Shown: piece after piece, positions 13,601 to 26,300 of the stretch
How the letters are laid out: the number at the start of each line of letters is the position of its first letter
Numbering within the stretch: position 1 is the stretch's first letter
From: Lingula anatina
Taxonomy: Eukaryota > Animalia > Brachiopoda
Reading direction: 5' to 3'
DNA length: 64,000 nt
NCBI GenBank assembly: GCA_051362555.1
Contig: CM120640.1
Coordinates: 56,212,788-56,276,787 of the forward strand
Position numbers and translations under genes: made by a program
The notes under the pieces: generated by a model
Told to the model about the DNA's origin: nothing
The model's database searches: none
Seen by the model: only the letters and a program-made list of their open reading frames with translations

Positions 13601-16600
13601 CTCTAACGCTGGAAAGTTGGACCGGCTGTGATTATGATCCAGTAGACCAAATCTCAGTATACATGTGGTAGGATCTACTGTACTAAGGCAGTCATTTATT
13701 AGAATTATATTTGCCATGTTTTTATTTTATTCATTTATTTTGTAACTTACACTGCTAAAAAGTGGGAAGTATTCCAAACGAATATGCTGTGATCGAAATG
13801 AGGTTTATTGGACCACCTCTTCTTGTCTTTTAATTTTGCGGGACACTGAAGTACATTTGACATTGCATTTTGCCTAGTTTTGTCACATAGGGCATACACC
13901 ACTTTTGTGGCACTACTCACGTAATTTGTCCAACTTAAAATTTGTTTAATAACCATTGCTATATGCAGCTAAAAATCGGCTCTGCAAAAATCGTTATGTT
14001 AAAATGGAGAAATGTTTCTAGTTTTCGTAATACATGTAGGCCCTATTTCATACTATGAAGCTAGAGTGTAATATTCATTTCTTTTATCATTAAAGTGATG
14101 TTTGTAATACTTGAATATGTACTCATTTAAATTCAAGTAATTTAAGAATAAATCCATAAACTGTCAAATTCAACATTAAATTTTAGAGAACAGAAGTTGC
14201 ATTGTCGACGACAACCAAAAAATAGATTGTGCCCCAAGCTGCGGTTCTATTGTTGCATGCAAAGACAAAATTAAAACATACTGTTACAGTAGGATGTGTT
14301 GTTACCAAGAATCACAGTTGGAAAAAGTTCCGCATTGTTTTTTACCGAAAGGTAAGGGCTTGATGTTGTGAGTCTAGATCTAATCCGGGGTCAAATTTAA
14401 CCTCGATTCACACGGGTTTATATATGAAGTGAACAGAATAACTGAACTTTATAACCTTAGGATGCTCATCTCAGCAAGGAATGGAATTCAAATCTACTGA
14501 AAAACACATTCTAACACAGTGTTTTCAGTACAGAAGAAGAATTTGACTTATGTTCAACAGCCAATCGATCGCAAAACTAGCCTTTATGATGCAATCGATC
14601 CAATCCGAAAGAAAGCATTGTCATCTATTGCCTATTGTACAAGTCTGTGCATTTGGACTCTTTATTGTTGCTATTTATTATTTGAAATCTGACATGCTCA
14701 GGTCGTTTACTGCTAATCAATCACAAAACTCGACACATGCTTTTTATCAACAGCCTTGGTTGTCTATATTTTCAATGTTGGCGTCATTGATTATCGTTTG
14801 GGTAGATGTCAGTCCTTGCACGCTTGAGCTACTTACTATCCTCGGTTTCTAATAATACACTTTTAAAATGCAAAACTTTGTAAAACTTCGGTCTTTGGGT
14901 TGCAATTCTACTGGATTAACTTTTATAACTATTACAATAACATAGTAACTGCACATCAACTTGTATTAACTGACCTGTGTAATGATAATTGTATTTCAGA
15001 AGATCGACTGTATGGAAATTATTCATTTTGGGCAAACGGTCAGCCTGACAATGGTGGTCCTAACCAATGTGGAGTCCTTTGGAACAACGGACAATGGAAA
15101 TGGGATGACCAAAATTGCAATACAGAAAACCACTTTCTTTGCCAATACGGTAGCCTACATCTTTTATCAATAGTAATATTACATATCTGTGACAGATGTA
15201 ATTTGTGTTGGTCGTTATTGCTTCAATACCATACGGGGATATATATATATATATTATGGGATGATTTGAAATGCGTATAGTACATGTATAACTTTCAACA
15301 TTTCAGACATTACACAAAGTACAACGGTAAGAGAAAAGACCTCAGAGTCTACAGAAACTAGCGCATACATTGTGGATGTAACATCTACCACAAATATACG
15401 TAACTCGAGACTGACCTCTTATGAACCAACAGCTACTGAAGCAAATGTTAACACTATGTCGTCAGAAGAAACTACAACCTCAGGAAAAAAGGAAAAAAGC
15501 ACAACGAAATCTGGAGAAAATTCCTCCATTGAAGTGCTAAGTTCAACAAAAGGCACCCTTCTTCCCACTAATTTACATCCATCTACAAAAAGTCTTATTA
15601 ATATCATGACGCCAGTGTTTTATCGAAGTAGTGTTGCCACGCCCTCAGTTACATTGACATCGTCACTTACCTCGAAGGAAAGCTACTCCACCACTCCTAC
15701 ACAGGTGCCAGCTGGCGGCGACAGAGCGCTTGCTTCCCCTCTGTCCGGTAACTTAAGTATTTCTGATTGTGCACATTTTCTATATGCAATTCATAGACAT
15801 TGGTTAAAAAGATAAATCTAAGACGATAAAAACCTGTCTTTGTTTTAAAGTGAGCTGTAACTAATAAAACATTTCTGTGGTTGAAGAAGCAGAATCAGAA
15901 ATGAATAGAGACTGTCTTTAATTTTTTTTTTAGATGCGGGTATAGGAAGTATCGCTGCCGCAGCATTACTTTTAGTTATCCTCTCAGTACTTATTGTGTT
16001 TTTTATCAGAAAAAGGTAGATCACAGTTAACTTTTTATTCTTTAAATTGTAAATTCAGTTCCACAATGCTTTGAATCTAGCAGATTATAAATACCAGTAT
16101 AACGTTATTCAAATATTATCACATACAAAATATGACAATATATGATAAAAAAGAAATAATTGAGGAAATGAACTTAAGTCAAATCAAAGTAACATAAGCA
16201 CATATTTAGTGAAAATTATTGCATTTACAGGCGTAAACGAGGACACATAACGACCCAAATAATTGAAAATATGGTTTCCCGAGACTCAAGAGCTTATTCG
16301 GAGATTCCAGTTGATAATCTGGCTCAGAATCCGGTGTTCAACTTCGGAGAAGAAGACAATCGCTTGAGTCAAACTAGTACCGCCAACGTCACGGTGACCA
16401 ATGGAGAAGCTTCTGTATTATACCTAAGGCCGGCGAAGAAATCTAAATTGCAGGAAGAAAATAAAGGGTTTTTAACTTCGACTTCTATTGACATCGATCA
16501 AACACCACTGAAGGAAGGAGAGGAAGATCACATCGTCGAACTATCTGATCAGCCAATGAAGCAAAAACATCAAATCACAGCACCCAAAATGCCTCCAACC

Positions 16601-16810
16601 AGCGAGGATTATTCATATGCCCAAACGGGCCAGAACATTCGGTTATCGCCTATGACAGCCGATGAGGAGTCCTGCACTTATTCCTATGCAGAAGTAAGGC
16701 AAAGAATGCCCGATTTAAAGGATTACTATACTAGCGCTCAACCCACCGAGGATCAGGGGGATGCATTGTCAAGTACACAAATGGTTGACAATCCCATCTA
16801 TGGAAATTAG
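12829..16810 (+). CDS. Type I transmembrane C-type lectin receptor: signal peptide, CTLD (QPD/WDD) with inserted trefoil-like exon, Ser/Thr stalk, TM, Tyr-rich tail
   Basis: Exons 12829-12895 (MAVPWARVLLTTLSFLMQVNCQ), 13180-13464 (CY..W.DA..C...GG.LA.I..LWIGL), 14187-14351 (trefoil-like), 15000-15149 (WANGQPDN..C..WDDQNC..FLCQ), 15307-15747 (S/T-rich), 15934-16015 (hydrophobic TM then RKR), 16230-16810 (tail ending NPIYGN). Intron phases are consistent. Confidence 0.85.
13518..13597. repeat. (CT)n(CA)n microsatellite
   Basis: Direct reading. Confidence 0.95.
14187..14351 (+). CDS. Symmetric (phase 1-1) exon encoding a trefoil/P-type-like Cys-rich domain
   Basis: ttttAG acceptor, AAG|GTAAGG donor, 165 nt, open in the frame set by the flanking exons: ENRSCIVDDNQKIDCAPSCGSIVACKDKIKTYCYSRMCCYQESQLEKVPHCFLPK. 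Confidence 0.8.
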
Positions 16811-19477
16811 AATTTATATTTCAACAGGCGAAGGCTACTGACGGAAACTTTTTTCTGAGTTAAAAGAAAATTGATTCAAACAAGCCAACTGAAGCTGTCA
16901 AATGCACAGATAGCCTATCCCAGTTTGACTGTGAAGAAAATAGTTGACACGTGTGTAACTGCGCTTGATAAAGCCCTGCATATGATACAAGGTTTTTCAT
17001 ACTCCCAAATCTTACAAAACTACTACTATCATAAACAATTATCGAACAAAATCAGCTGAATCTTTAAAGTTAAGACAGCCAGTTTCTTTTTGAATGTGAA
17101 AATATAATCATGTACACTGATTATTTTCACCTGTATTTAAGCTTTGTACATGTATAAACCACCAGAAAAACAGATTTTTAATATTAAGCTTTAGTACATA
17201 AAATGGCCAGATACACCAAAATTATCAGGAAAAAAGGAAAAGAATAATCTGATCATGCCTATTTTCAAACATATTCATACATACAATTTAAAATCACAGG
17301 TCAGCCTAGTAGGTATTCAGTAAAATGGATATACCATCCAGATGTTCCAGTGTGCAAATATACAACGTATACACAGAAGAAAACTAATTATTGGGAATAA
17401 ATATAAATTACAATAGTTAAATCTCGTACGAATACCGATTTTACCTGAGGGTCCGCCTCCATTTGATTCATACAGACCAGATACGTGAGTTGGTCAAAAT
17501 CTAGGATTGGACTAACCTGTACATGTGGGGACTCTCCCGTGCAACAGCAGCGTCCAGTTGTTCGGAAGATAACATGTAAGCGTCAAAATAAATATTTTAC
17601 TTGTGTACGAGTAACGGTTATCCAGACATTAAAAATCTTGTCTCGCAAAACTGTTACGGCTTCTCAATCCGTTCCACTTTACATATCATTTTATACAAAT
17701 TACAGGACCATTTAAACCTCTTGTTTAACGGAACCCGACGGATGAAAACAAACTCAAATTGTTCAAAAGGTAAAATATTCTTTCGTCGGCCTCTAATGAC
17801 CCTAAAACGTTGATCAAAGATTAAAAGCGTCTTCTTGAAATAGGATGTTTGAAAAGCTTCAATATAAAAAAGCTTTAAACGGGGTAACAGTTTTGAGTAC
17901 CAACAGTCTGCTTTGGTGAATCTAACACGACCCGTGCGAGTCTCTATAAAAATAATTTTAAGAGTTTGGCAAAATAAAGAAATAAGTAATTTGAAAAAGG
18001 TATTTTTATAAGTTTTGTTTTGTAATAATGCTGATAATAAGTAAAGTAACAAAATCGTCTCTGAATACAAATTTTTGTGACGTGAACATGCGTGAAGGTT
18101 AACTTTAAATACTGAGAGCGGGTTACAGGTCTTTTTGATCGTGTTCCAGGTCTTCCTCTGACCACAGGAAGATCGCGCAGTTGTCTTGGGATAACTGCAG
18201 TAACAGGACATTCAATTCAGCAAAACAAGTTGAAAGAATACATATAACAAAGACGCTGTTTTATTAATTTATTTACAAAAATCATACTTTATTTTTGTTT
18301 GGTTTAATAGTCAAGATTTGTGAAATCCAGAAACTGTTGTGCCATGTTCAAAACTTTCTTTGAATAACAGACACATTTAAAAAATAACAAAAGCTTTGTC
18401 TAAAGAAACTTACGACCTATATTGAAGACCACAGTTGACATATACAAATACATCAAGAGTTAAAATCACACATGCATTGCACTTTTTAAAAGTAACAGAA
18501 TTAGAAAATTTGTATTTACAAAATTACATAGTATTGTTAAATATTTTTCATTCTTAAAAATACAGGAAATGACAAATGTGCACAAAATGCTTTTTGAAAT
18601 ACAAAAAGTGGATATTCATTCTAGGAAAATACCACAGGATTGCATTTGATTGTTCCTTTTTATTCATATTCAAACAAGATTGTGAGTCAGATGATCCAGA
18701 ACCACAGTAACACCGCTTTCAAATGGCAATGTAAGCCCCAGCTGGCATCTCCTTGTCCAGATCATAAGAAATGAACAATGCATAAACTCTATTGAAGATT
18801 TAAAGTTTAAAACTGGAATATCTATGCAATTTTATACTACAGAAGGTTTTAAGGACTAACTGACATAATGAAAGACCTATAACTCAGTAGCATTATCAAG
18901 CAGTTTCACAAATGATATGCTCATGTATTACTTTCATTCATACTTGGATTAAAACCACTCCCAAAGCATTGAGTTTGTAAGTGAAAATGCACACTTCAAA
19001 TTTACCTATGAGTAGGCCTTTGGATACATCAATCAAATTATTAAATATATTTTCTGATGAATGTCATGAATATTTTAGCACTGTCTTTCAATGATGATAG
19101 GCTTTTTGCCAGTGATACAGAATCCTGTAGCACAATCAAAACACTTTTGACAACTGCTGGTAGACAAAGTGCTTGTGGACTGTTGCAAGGCTAAGAAAAT
19201 TCTAGATTCCTTGGTTTATAACAGGTTACTATTTTAAATGCTGGTGAGTACTCAGTCAATTGCCTGTGCTGGTGGCACAAAGAGAGTTGCTATAACACTA
19301 TAGTATTTTTTTATTGTGGATTTTTTGTATATTATCCATTAAGCTGCCTTAAAAGACATTGTGGTGAATCTGCTTGCTATCAACGCCATGCCTCAGTGTA
19401 TATAAACTTCACTTTCCACTGAATGTATCACAATGTACAGTACAGGGGGAAAATTAAATATAAATAATCCAGTGTAA

Positions 19478-19732
19478 TCAGGATTTACTGCAGCTGCTGC
19501 CTTCTGAGCATCCCTCCTCTTCGCATGTCCAAAACAGACAATTCCCTGTACAGCTGTAACAGACCAAGAATAGGGCCACCAGAAACACTATGCTGCAAAT
19601 AGTACATGGTTTCTTCTCCAGAAAGAAACTAGTCAGATACAGTACCATGAACATAGCATGGTTGTATAAAAATGCCGGGTCCACTGGCTTTGGCAAGAGA
19701 AGTACAGGAAGAAGCCACTGCAAACAATACAT
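19478..19732 (-). CDS. BLCAP: Bladder cancer-associated protein (BLCAP/BC10), 84 aa, single coding exon
   Basis: [45 protein letters not shown] matches the conserved BLCAP N-terminus; true ATG at 19732; minus-strand AATAAA-type signals near 18260-18295. Confidence 0.95.
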   Translation of the reverse strand: MYCLQWLLPVLLLPKPVDPAFLYNHAMFMVLYLTSFFLEKKPCTICSIVFLVALFLVCYSCTGNCLFWTCEEEGCSEGSSCSKS

Positions 19733-19759
19733 TTCAAATACTTCCCTCTTCTTCACAAG

Positions 19760-20316
19760 TATGTAGCACTTTGCACATTAATGTCACTGCAACATTAGCA
19801 GCGCAAGAGAAAACGCACGGCAAGTGTCGCCAACTGCAGTAAAACTTGCGTCATATATGGCTGTCATCAAGTTGACCTTAACTGATTGGGATTGAAAATT
19901 ATCCAATTAGTTGTCAATTATATATCAGAGTCCTCCTAATACATAATTGCACAAAACGTCAATCACTGACCAGTTATGAAGTCTAATCACTCACACAGCG
20001 TCCCTCTGCTGTTGTCATTGTCCAGCCAGTCTCTTCCGTAATTTCCTCAATTGTTAGCTAATTTAGTTTCGTATACATTATTTTGTATCACACGTGAACT
20101 ATAAGCATATATATTGAATCTCAAATAAACTATTAAAACATTTGATAAAATTTGCTCAAACAATCTGAATACTTTCTATCTTATCACTTGGAAATGATGA
20201 CAGGAATAAATGTTAAACTAATATTCGTATCTCTCCGCATGTAAAGGCAACTGGAGTTTCCTTTTCGTCGGAGGGTGGCGTTTGATCTCAAAGCACAAGG
20301 TTATACTGGAACAGAA
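19760..20316. promoter_or_regulatory. Putative bidirectional promoter BLCAP/FBXO30
   Basis: Divergent ATGs about 585 bp apart, locally CpG-enriched, ETS-like CTTCCG near 20033. Confidence 0.5.
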
Positions 20317-23300
20317 ATGACTGAAGAATACTGTGTAAGTTGGTTTTGAATGGTTGTGAACATGGCTGATTTATATTCATGCGTACTGAAAGGCATATGC
20401 AAGGCAGAGCTTGGTACCTTGAGATAGATCTTAGACTGCGTGACGGTAATTTACAGCGTATATTATATTACATGTACATGTTGGAGATATATCAGAAAAA
20501 CCAGAATGCCCGATGTAAACGGGTGTGACTGAAATGCGCAAAACACTGCAATACAGCGCAACACAGCGCAATACACTTGATAACACAAGTCCAGTTGCAA
20601 GTAAACACAGGAAAGGGTAATCTCAAATAAAATAGGGTGATATAAAAGCAAAATATAGTACATAGTAATTAATATTGCTGATACAACTTGACAATTTTTT
20701 CATTGTTTGGTCAGCCGCCATGTTGGCGAGTAGCTCTTCTTGGCCAGTAATATATCCAAAAAGAGCCACTCGCCAACATGGCTGCCAACCGGACAATATA
20801 AAAGTCTTGCTGATTTGTTAAGTTATATCAACGATATTACTTACCTAGTAATATAGGTCGTTTTTATATCACCCTGCTTTGCTGGGAATGGTCATTTCTT
20901 TTGTGTAATTGCAACTGGATTTGATTTTTGAAGTGTATTGCACTGTGTTGCGCTGCATTGCAGTGTATTGCGCATTTCAGTTACACCGGATGTAAACACA
21001 AGTTCTATCTTCTGAAAGTTCAAAATTATATCTAAAATTAAAGGAAATATCACAGTTTTTAAATAGCCACTGCTGCCATATTAGGTCAAATGTGTCCCCA
21101 CATTTCAGCTCGAGAGCTGTGACCACTGAATACCCGTCCAAATGTCATTTTTTTGGGAAGTATAAAACAATGCCCTTTGGTGTTTCTTTACAGAAGCATT
21201 TGAAGTCAAATTTTTACCACAGAACCTGACCAAATGCCACTGTATAGTTTCAAATAACTAGTATAACTAGTATAACTTAAATATAAATATGTATATGTAC
21301 ATATCCCTCAGCAGTCTCATTTGAACAAGTATGCAATGCCGTGCAGTACTACATCATTTAGCAGACTCTTACAAATTGGTGGGACAGATAAATAGGTCAA
21401 TTCCTACCAGAATTTTGATGTCAGCGTTTTTTAGCTGAACAAGTGATTAATTATGCTGTCGGGCATCTAAGGCATCAACAAAGGTCCTCCACTCCTCTCT
21501 GTCTCTAGCCAGATGTTGGATTGTTTCCCAACTTTCGCCTAGTTGTTTTAACTCTGCTTTGACAGTCCTCCTCTATGTGGTCTTAGGGGGGCCGTAGCGA
21601 TAGTCCGAAGGTTCAATAGTCCGAAGGTTCATTGGTCCGAATGTTCACTATAGAACCTTCGGACCAATGAACCCTTGATTAAAAAATCGATGAAAATGTT
21701 ACCACTTTTCGGACCAATGAACCTTCGGACCAATGAACCTTCGGACTATCGAGACGCCCCCGTCTTAGGTTTGCCTCTTTTTCTATGCCCTTCTGGTGTC
21801 CAGTACACGGCTACTTTAGTGGTGGAATTTGGGTCTTTCCTCAGCACATGGCCAATCCATTTCCATCTTCTTGTCCTGATGACTTCGCTCACTTCCCAGC
21901 TAGAAAAGCAGTCCCCTGTGCAGTCTGCTTGCAGTCTCCTTTACAGTCCCCCTAAGGAGCCTGCTTTGCAGTCTCCCTAGCAGTCCCATCTCCCACAGCA
22001 GTCTCCTTTGCAGGTATCGTATGTATGGAGGGAGTCCCCTTGGCAGTCTTAATTTGCATTTTTGGAATGCGCTGCCAGGGGGACTGCCAGGGCAGTCCCC
22101 CTGGCAGTCTGCTTGGCAGCCTCCTTAGCGGTCTGTCCCCCTGGCAGTCTTAATTTGGATATTTGGAACGCGCTGCCAGGGGGACTGCCAGGGCAGTCTG
22201 CTTTGGCAGTCCCCCTGGCAGTCTGCTTGGCAGCCCCCCCTAGCAGTCTGCTTGGCAGTCTCCCTGGCAGTCTTAATTTGCATTTTTGGAACACGCTGCC
22301 AGGGGGACTGCCAGGGCAGTCTCCCTAGCAGTCTGCTTTGGCAGTCCCCCTAGCAGTCTACTCTGCAGTCTCCTTAGCAGTTTGCTTAGCAAAATAAAAT
22401 TTGGCAAAATCTTTTTATTTATTTATTATTTTTTTTACAAGTCATACATGTATATCAAACAATAATTACATTTATCAAAAGGAATCTAGAAATAATCCAA
22501 GTACAGGGACAGGTACAAGGGTAGTGCAATAATTCCTGAATATGAAAAAATTGCCTTTTTTCTCAAAGAAAATTCATTTTTGCTTGAAATGTCTTATAGA
22601 TTACCTTTCAGGTGTGATGAAAATCTTACACTTTGTCACTGTAAGAAGTGGAACCCTCCTCAGTTATTGTATTTTTTAAAAAGCATAAAAAACAACTAAT
22701 AGATGAGAACAATTAGCAAGATCTGAAAAATGTGGTACAAGTTTTCACATATATCAGGTGCTTAGTTATACATTGAATCATGCTTCAAGGAAGTTTTTGA
22801 CACATGTAATGTACCTAGCCAATGTCATGTACTTCCTCCAGTTTACAGTCTTTGTTTCAATCATTAGAGCAAACCTTTGAGATAATTGGATTTTGTTTTG
22901 TTTTTACACCTTTACAATTTCATTAACTTAGTTTGAGATTATATAACAATCTCCACCAAGGAGGTTATGTTTTTGCCTTAGTTTGTTTGTTAGTTTACAG
23001 CCTAACTCAAACACTTATAGACTGATTTTAGAAAGAGAATTCAGGATAGGTTAGAAATTGGGTTGCTTACTGAGACTTCGATGGTGGTCCATTATTAGTT
23101 GATTTTATTAAATAATATATTCAATTGAAAAGAAGCGAGCTGCCTTTGTGGAGGTCTTTGCTCTCTAAGTGCTTTTCTAGTTACAAAATTGTGTTTGTTG
23201 TGAATACATGTAGTAAAGTATTTCTTAATATATTGTGTTTAGTGTGAAGATTGGACCTTGTTTTATGTTTTCGGTATTGTCTATGGATAGAATAATAGGT

Positions 23301-26300
23301 ACAAAGCGAACTCTGAATCAAAACAGTGATTGGGAATATCTTTTTAATCTTCAGTTTTAGGCAAATTAGCACCATTCTGTTGGAAAAATGCTATATTGGA
23401 GGGATGTGATTGATTATTTGCTGCATGATTTCCACATGAGGCTCTATGTAAATAAAGTGCAGTCAGTTTAGATGTCTTCAGTTATATTACTTTCAAAATA
23501 TACTCAAACTTGTATTGAATTGCTAATTTTACTAATATTAACTCAACTACATATTTAAATGTGCATACAAAGCTGTTTTAGATGGAAATTATTAACAAAA
23601 ACAGCAGTTTTATGGCATCGAACACTCCAAAAGAACAAGATCTATTCAAAATTTAACGTCTAACACGCGCCCTGAGATTCTTACACCTGGACACATGCAC
23701 AGCAGTATCTCCAAACTGTGGAGTTCATCAGTTTGCACTCATATCTGTCGGGTGTATGTGGACCTCACCTTCTTCGTCTTGTTGTTGCACAAAATAGAGA
23801 AACACATTTTTCAAAGCAACCATAACCGCCATTTCTTTCTCTCTAACTTATTGTGCATGCCTCCAGGTGTCCGAATCTCCTCTGAGCGCAGCTGAGAATT
23901 AATTGCAGCTTTGGAAGTAACTCGCTCGGTCTGCAAGTTAATTACGCCGCGGGGTATTCAGGGCACAGACCATGATCACCAGATACCGCCAATGGAATTT
24001 TGGATTTTTGGAATTTGGATTTTTCATGTGAACAGTGCCTTGAAGTCATTGGTCATGATCCCTTCAATGTAAAGGACATTGATACCATTGAAAAGAGGTT
24101 CGGTTTGTTTCGTAAAGAACATTAAGGAAGAGATTGAATTGACAGAGGAAAGAGACTATCACATGAGACATTATATGAGAATCAGACAATCATAGTGTGC
24201 AGTAATACCAATATGATAATGTTTCACCTAAACAACCAAAAATTGAAATATGTGAAAGATTTTAATTATGAAATAAACCATTATGATATTTATAAATGAG
24301 CATTAAGTTGTGTAGTTTGGATGATGTTGGAAAAAGCAATATTGAGGTTGATATCCTAGATTTTTTTGCCTCTGTCTGATTCTCATATGATGTCCGTCAA
24401 AAATGTTGTATGCAAGCATTCACATTATCTGGTCAGGGGCCGGTTTCACAAAGCAGTAGTTAGTTAGAACAACTAACTACTGAACTACCTCGCTAACGAG
24501 CAAACTTAGCGATTTTCGAGGGGTGTTTCACGAAGCAGTAGTTAACTTATCGCTAAGTTCAGTCGTAAAGTTCGGTCGCTAGTTCTCTCGTTACTCACCG
24601 TAGTCTCGAAACCGTCTGCCAGAAGTGGAACTCTTGCGTAAAAGTGTCACGAAAGCACTTACTCTCCAATTTTTGGTGGCTGGAAATGCATAAGAACGTC
24701 TGCTTTGAGGTCGTCGTAAAGGATCTCCACCACCTTTTTGCCGCTCTTTTTGTCACAGCTAGGCGCAACCTCTCGTAAATTGCATCATCGTATGTATATT
24801 ATAATAGATCCTGCCTTTCATGAAAATGTCGTAGTCTACGTTGCCGTCTGGCGGTACGGATAGCAAGAAAGGTAGCCGCCATATTGGATACAAAGACAAA
24901 CGACAGACAACGGTAACTAAGCAACCTTTTTATTTCACTCATTACGCATGCGTACGATGAAACTCTAGAGTTAGCGACTGCTCTGACCAGTCGTTAAATA
25001 TCCAAGGTAACAACGAGACAATAACGAGCGAGAGAACTAGCGATTGCTTCGTGAAACGGCACTATAACTAGCGAGAGGCTAACTACCGATCGCTAACTAA
25101 CTACTGCTTTGTGAAACCGGCCCCAGAATGAAACAGTACAAACTGCTGAAACGTCAAAAAGTTTATTAAAACATTTGTTTACAACATATAAGCTAGATTA
25201 TTGCTGAAATAGCCTTACAAAGTCAGGAAATAAGTTTTAACTTTGAAAGCAAATGATGGCACATGTCAGTTGGGTAAACTCTATATATTACATTTTCTAT
25301 AATCTCTTTTTGTAAAAAAAAAAGAATAGAAAAGAAAAAAAAATGCAGTGAAACTGTCATAACCTTTTATTTGAAATTTTTTTAATCTGGAACAACAACC
25401 AAACCACCAGGGGCCGGTTTCACAAAGCAGTAGTTAGTTAGAACAACTAACTACTGAACTACCTCGCTAACGAGCAAACTTAGCGATTTTCGAGGGGTGT
25501 TTCACGAAGCAGTAGTTAACTCAACGCTAAGTTCAGTTGTAAAGTACGGTCGTTAGTTCTCTCGTTACTCACCGTAGTCTCGAAACCGTCTGCCAGAAGT
25601 GGAACTCTTGCGTAAAAGTGTCACGAAAGCACTAACTCTCCAATTTTTGGTGGCTGGAAATGCATAAGAACGTCTGCTTTGAGGTCGTCGTAAAGAATCT
25701 CCACCACCTTTTTTGCCGCTCTTTTTGTCACAGCTAGGCACAACCTCTCGTAAATTGCATCATCGTGTGTATATTCTAATAGATTCTGCCTTTCATGAAA
25801 ACGCCGTAGTCCACGTTGCCATCTGGCGGTACGGATAGCAAGAAAGGTAGCCGCCATATTGGATACAAAGACAAACGACAGACAACAGTAACTAAGCAAC
25901 CTTTTTATTTCACTCATTACGCATGCGTACGATGAAACTCTAGAGTTAGCGACTGCTCTGACCAGTCGTTAAATATCCAAGGTAACAACGAGACAATAAC
26001 GAGCGAGAGAACTAGCGATTGCTTCGTGAAACGGCACTATAACTAGCGAGAGGCTAACTACCGATCGCTAACTAACTACTGCTTTGTGAAACCGGCCCCA
26101 GGCCTGATTGCATTCAGTAGAAACAAAGTGAAAAAAGTTAATGTCAAGCCCTGGTTTGACACTTCCTTGAACAGCTAGGGGTAATTAACCATCAAGAACT
26201 GATTCCATTGAATACTAGTAGTAGATTTTGTACTTTGGATCATGGTGACTTAGGCTGTATTCCCAGAGCTTTTAGATCGATCTATCCCCGAGGAGAGTCT

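Noticed and set aside
17415-18240. 185-aa minus-strand ORF 17654-18211 and surrounding intergenic DNA
   Set aside because: No recognisable protein motif, TIR or TSD; probably a transposon fragment but I cannot support a call.
22049-22328. Overlapping ORFs on both strands
   Set aside because: Product of a GC-rich palindromic repeat; low complexity, no splice support.
23660-23895. Partial inverted repeat GAGATTCTTACACCTGGA / TCCAGGTGTCCGAATCTC
   Set aside because: Probably a decayed MITE; termini and TSD could not be defined.
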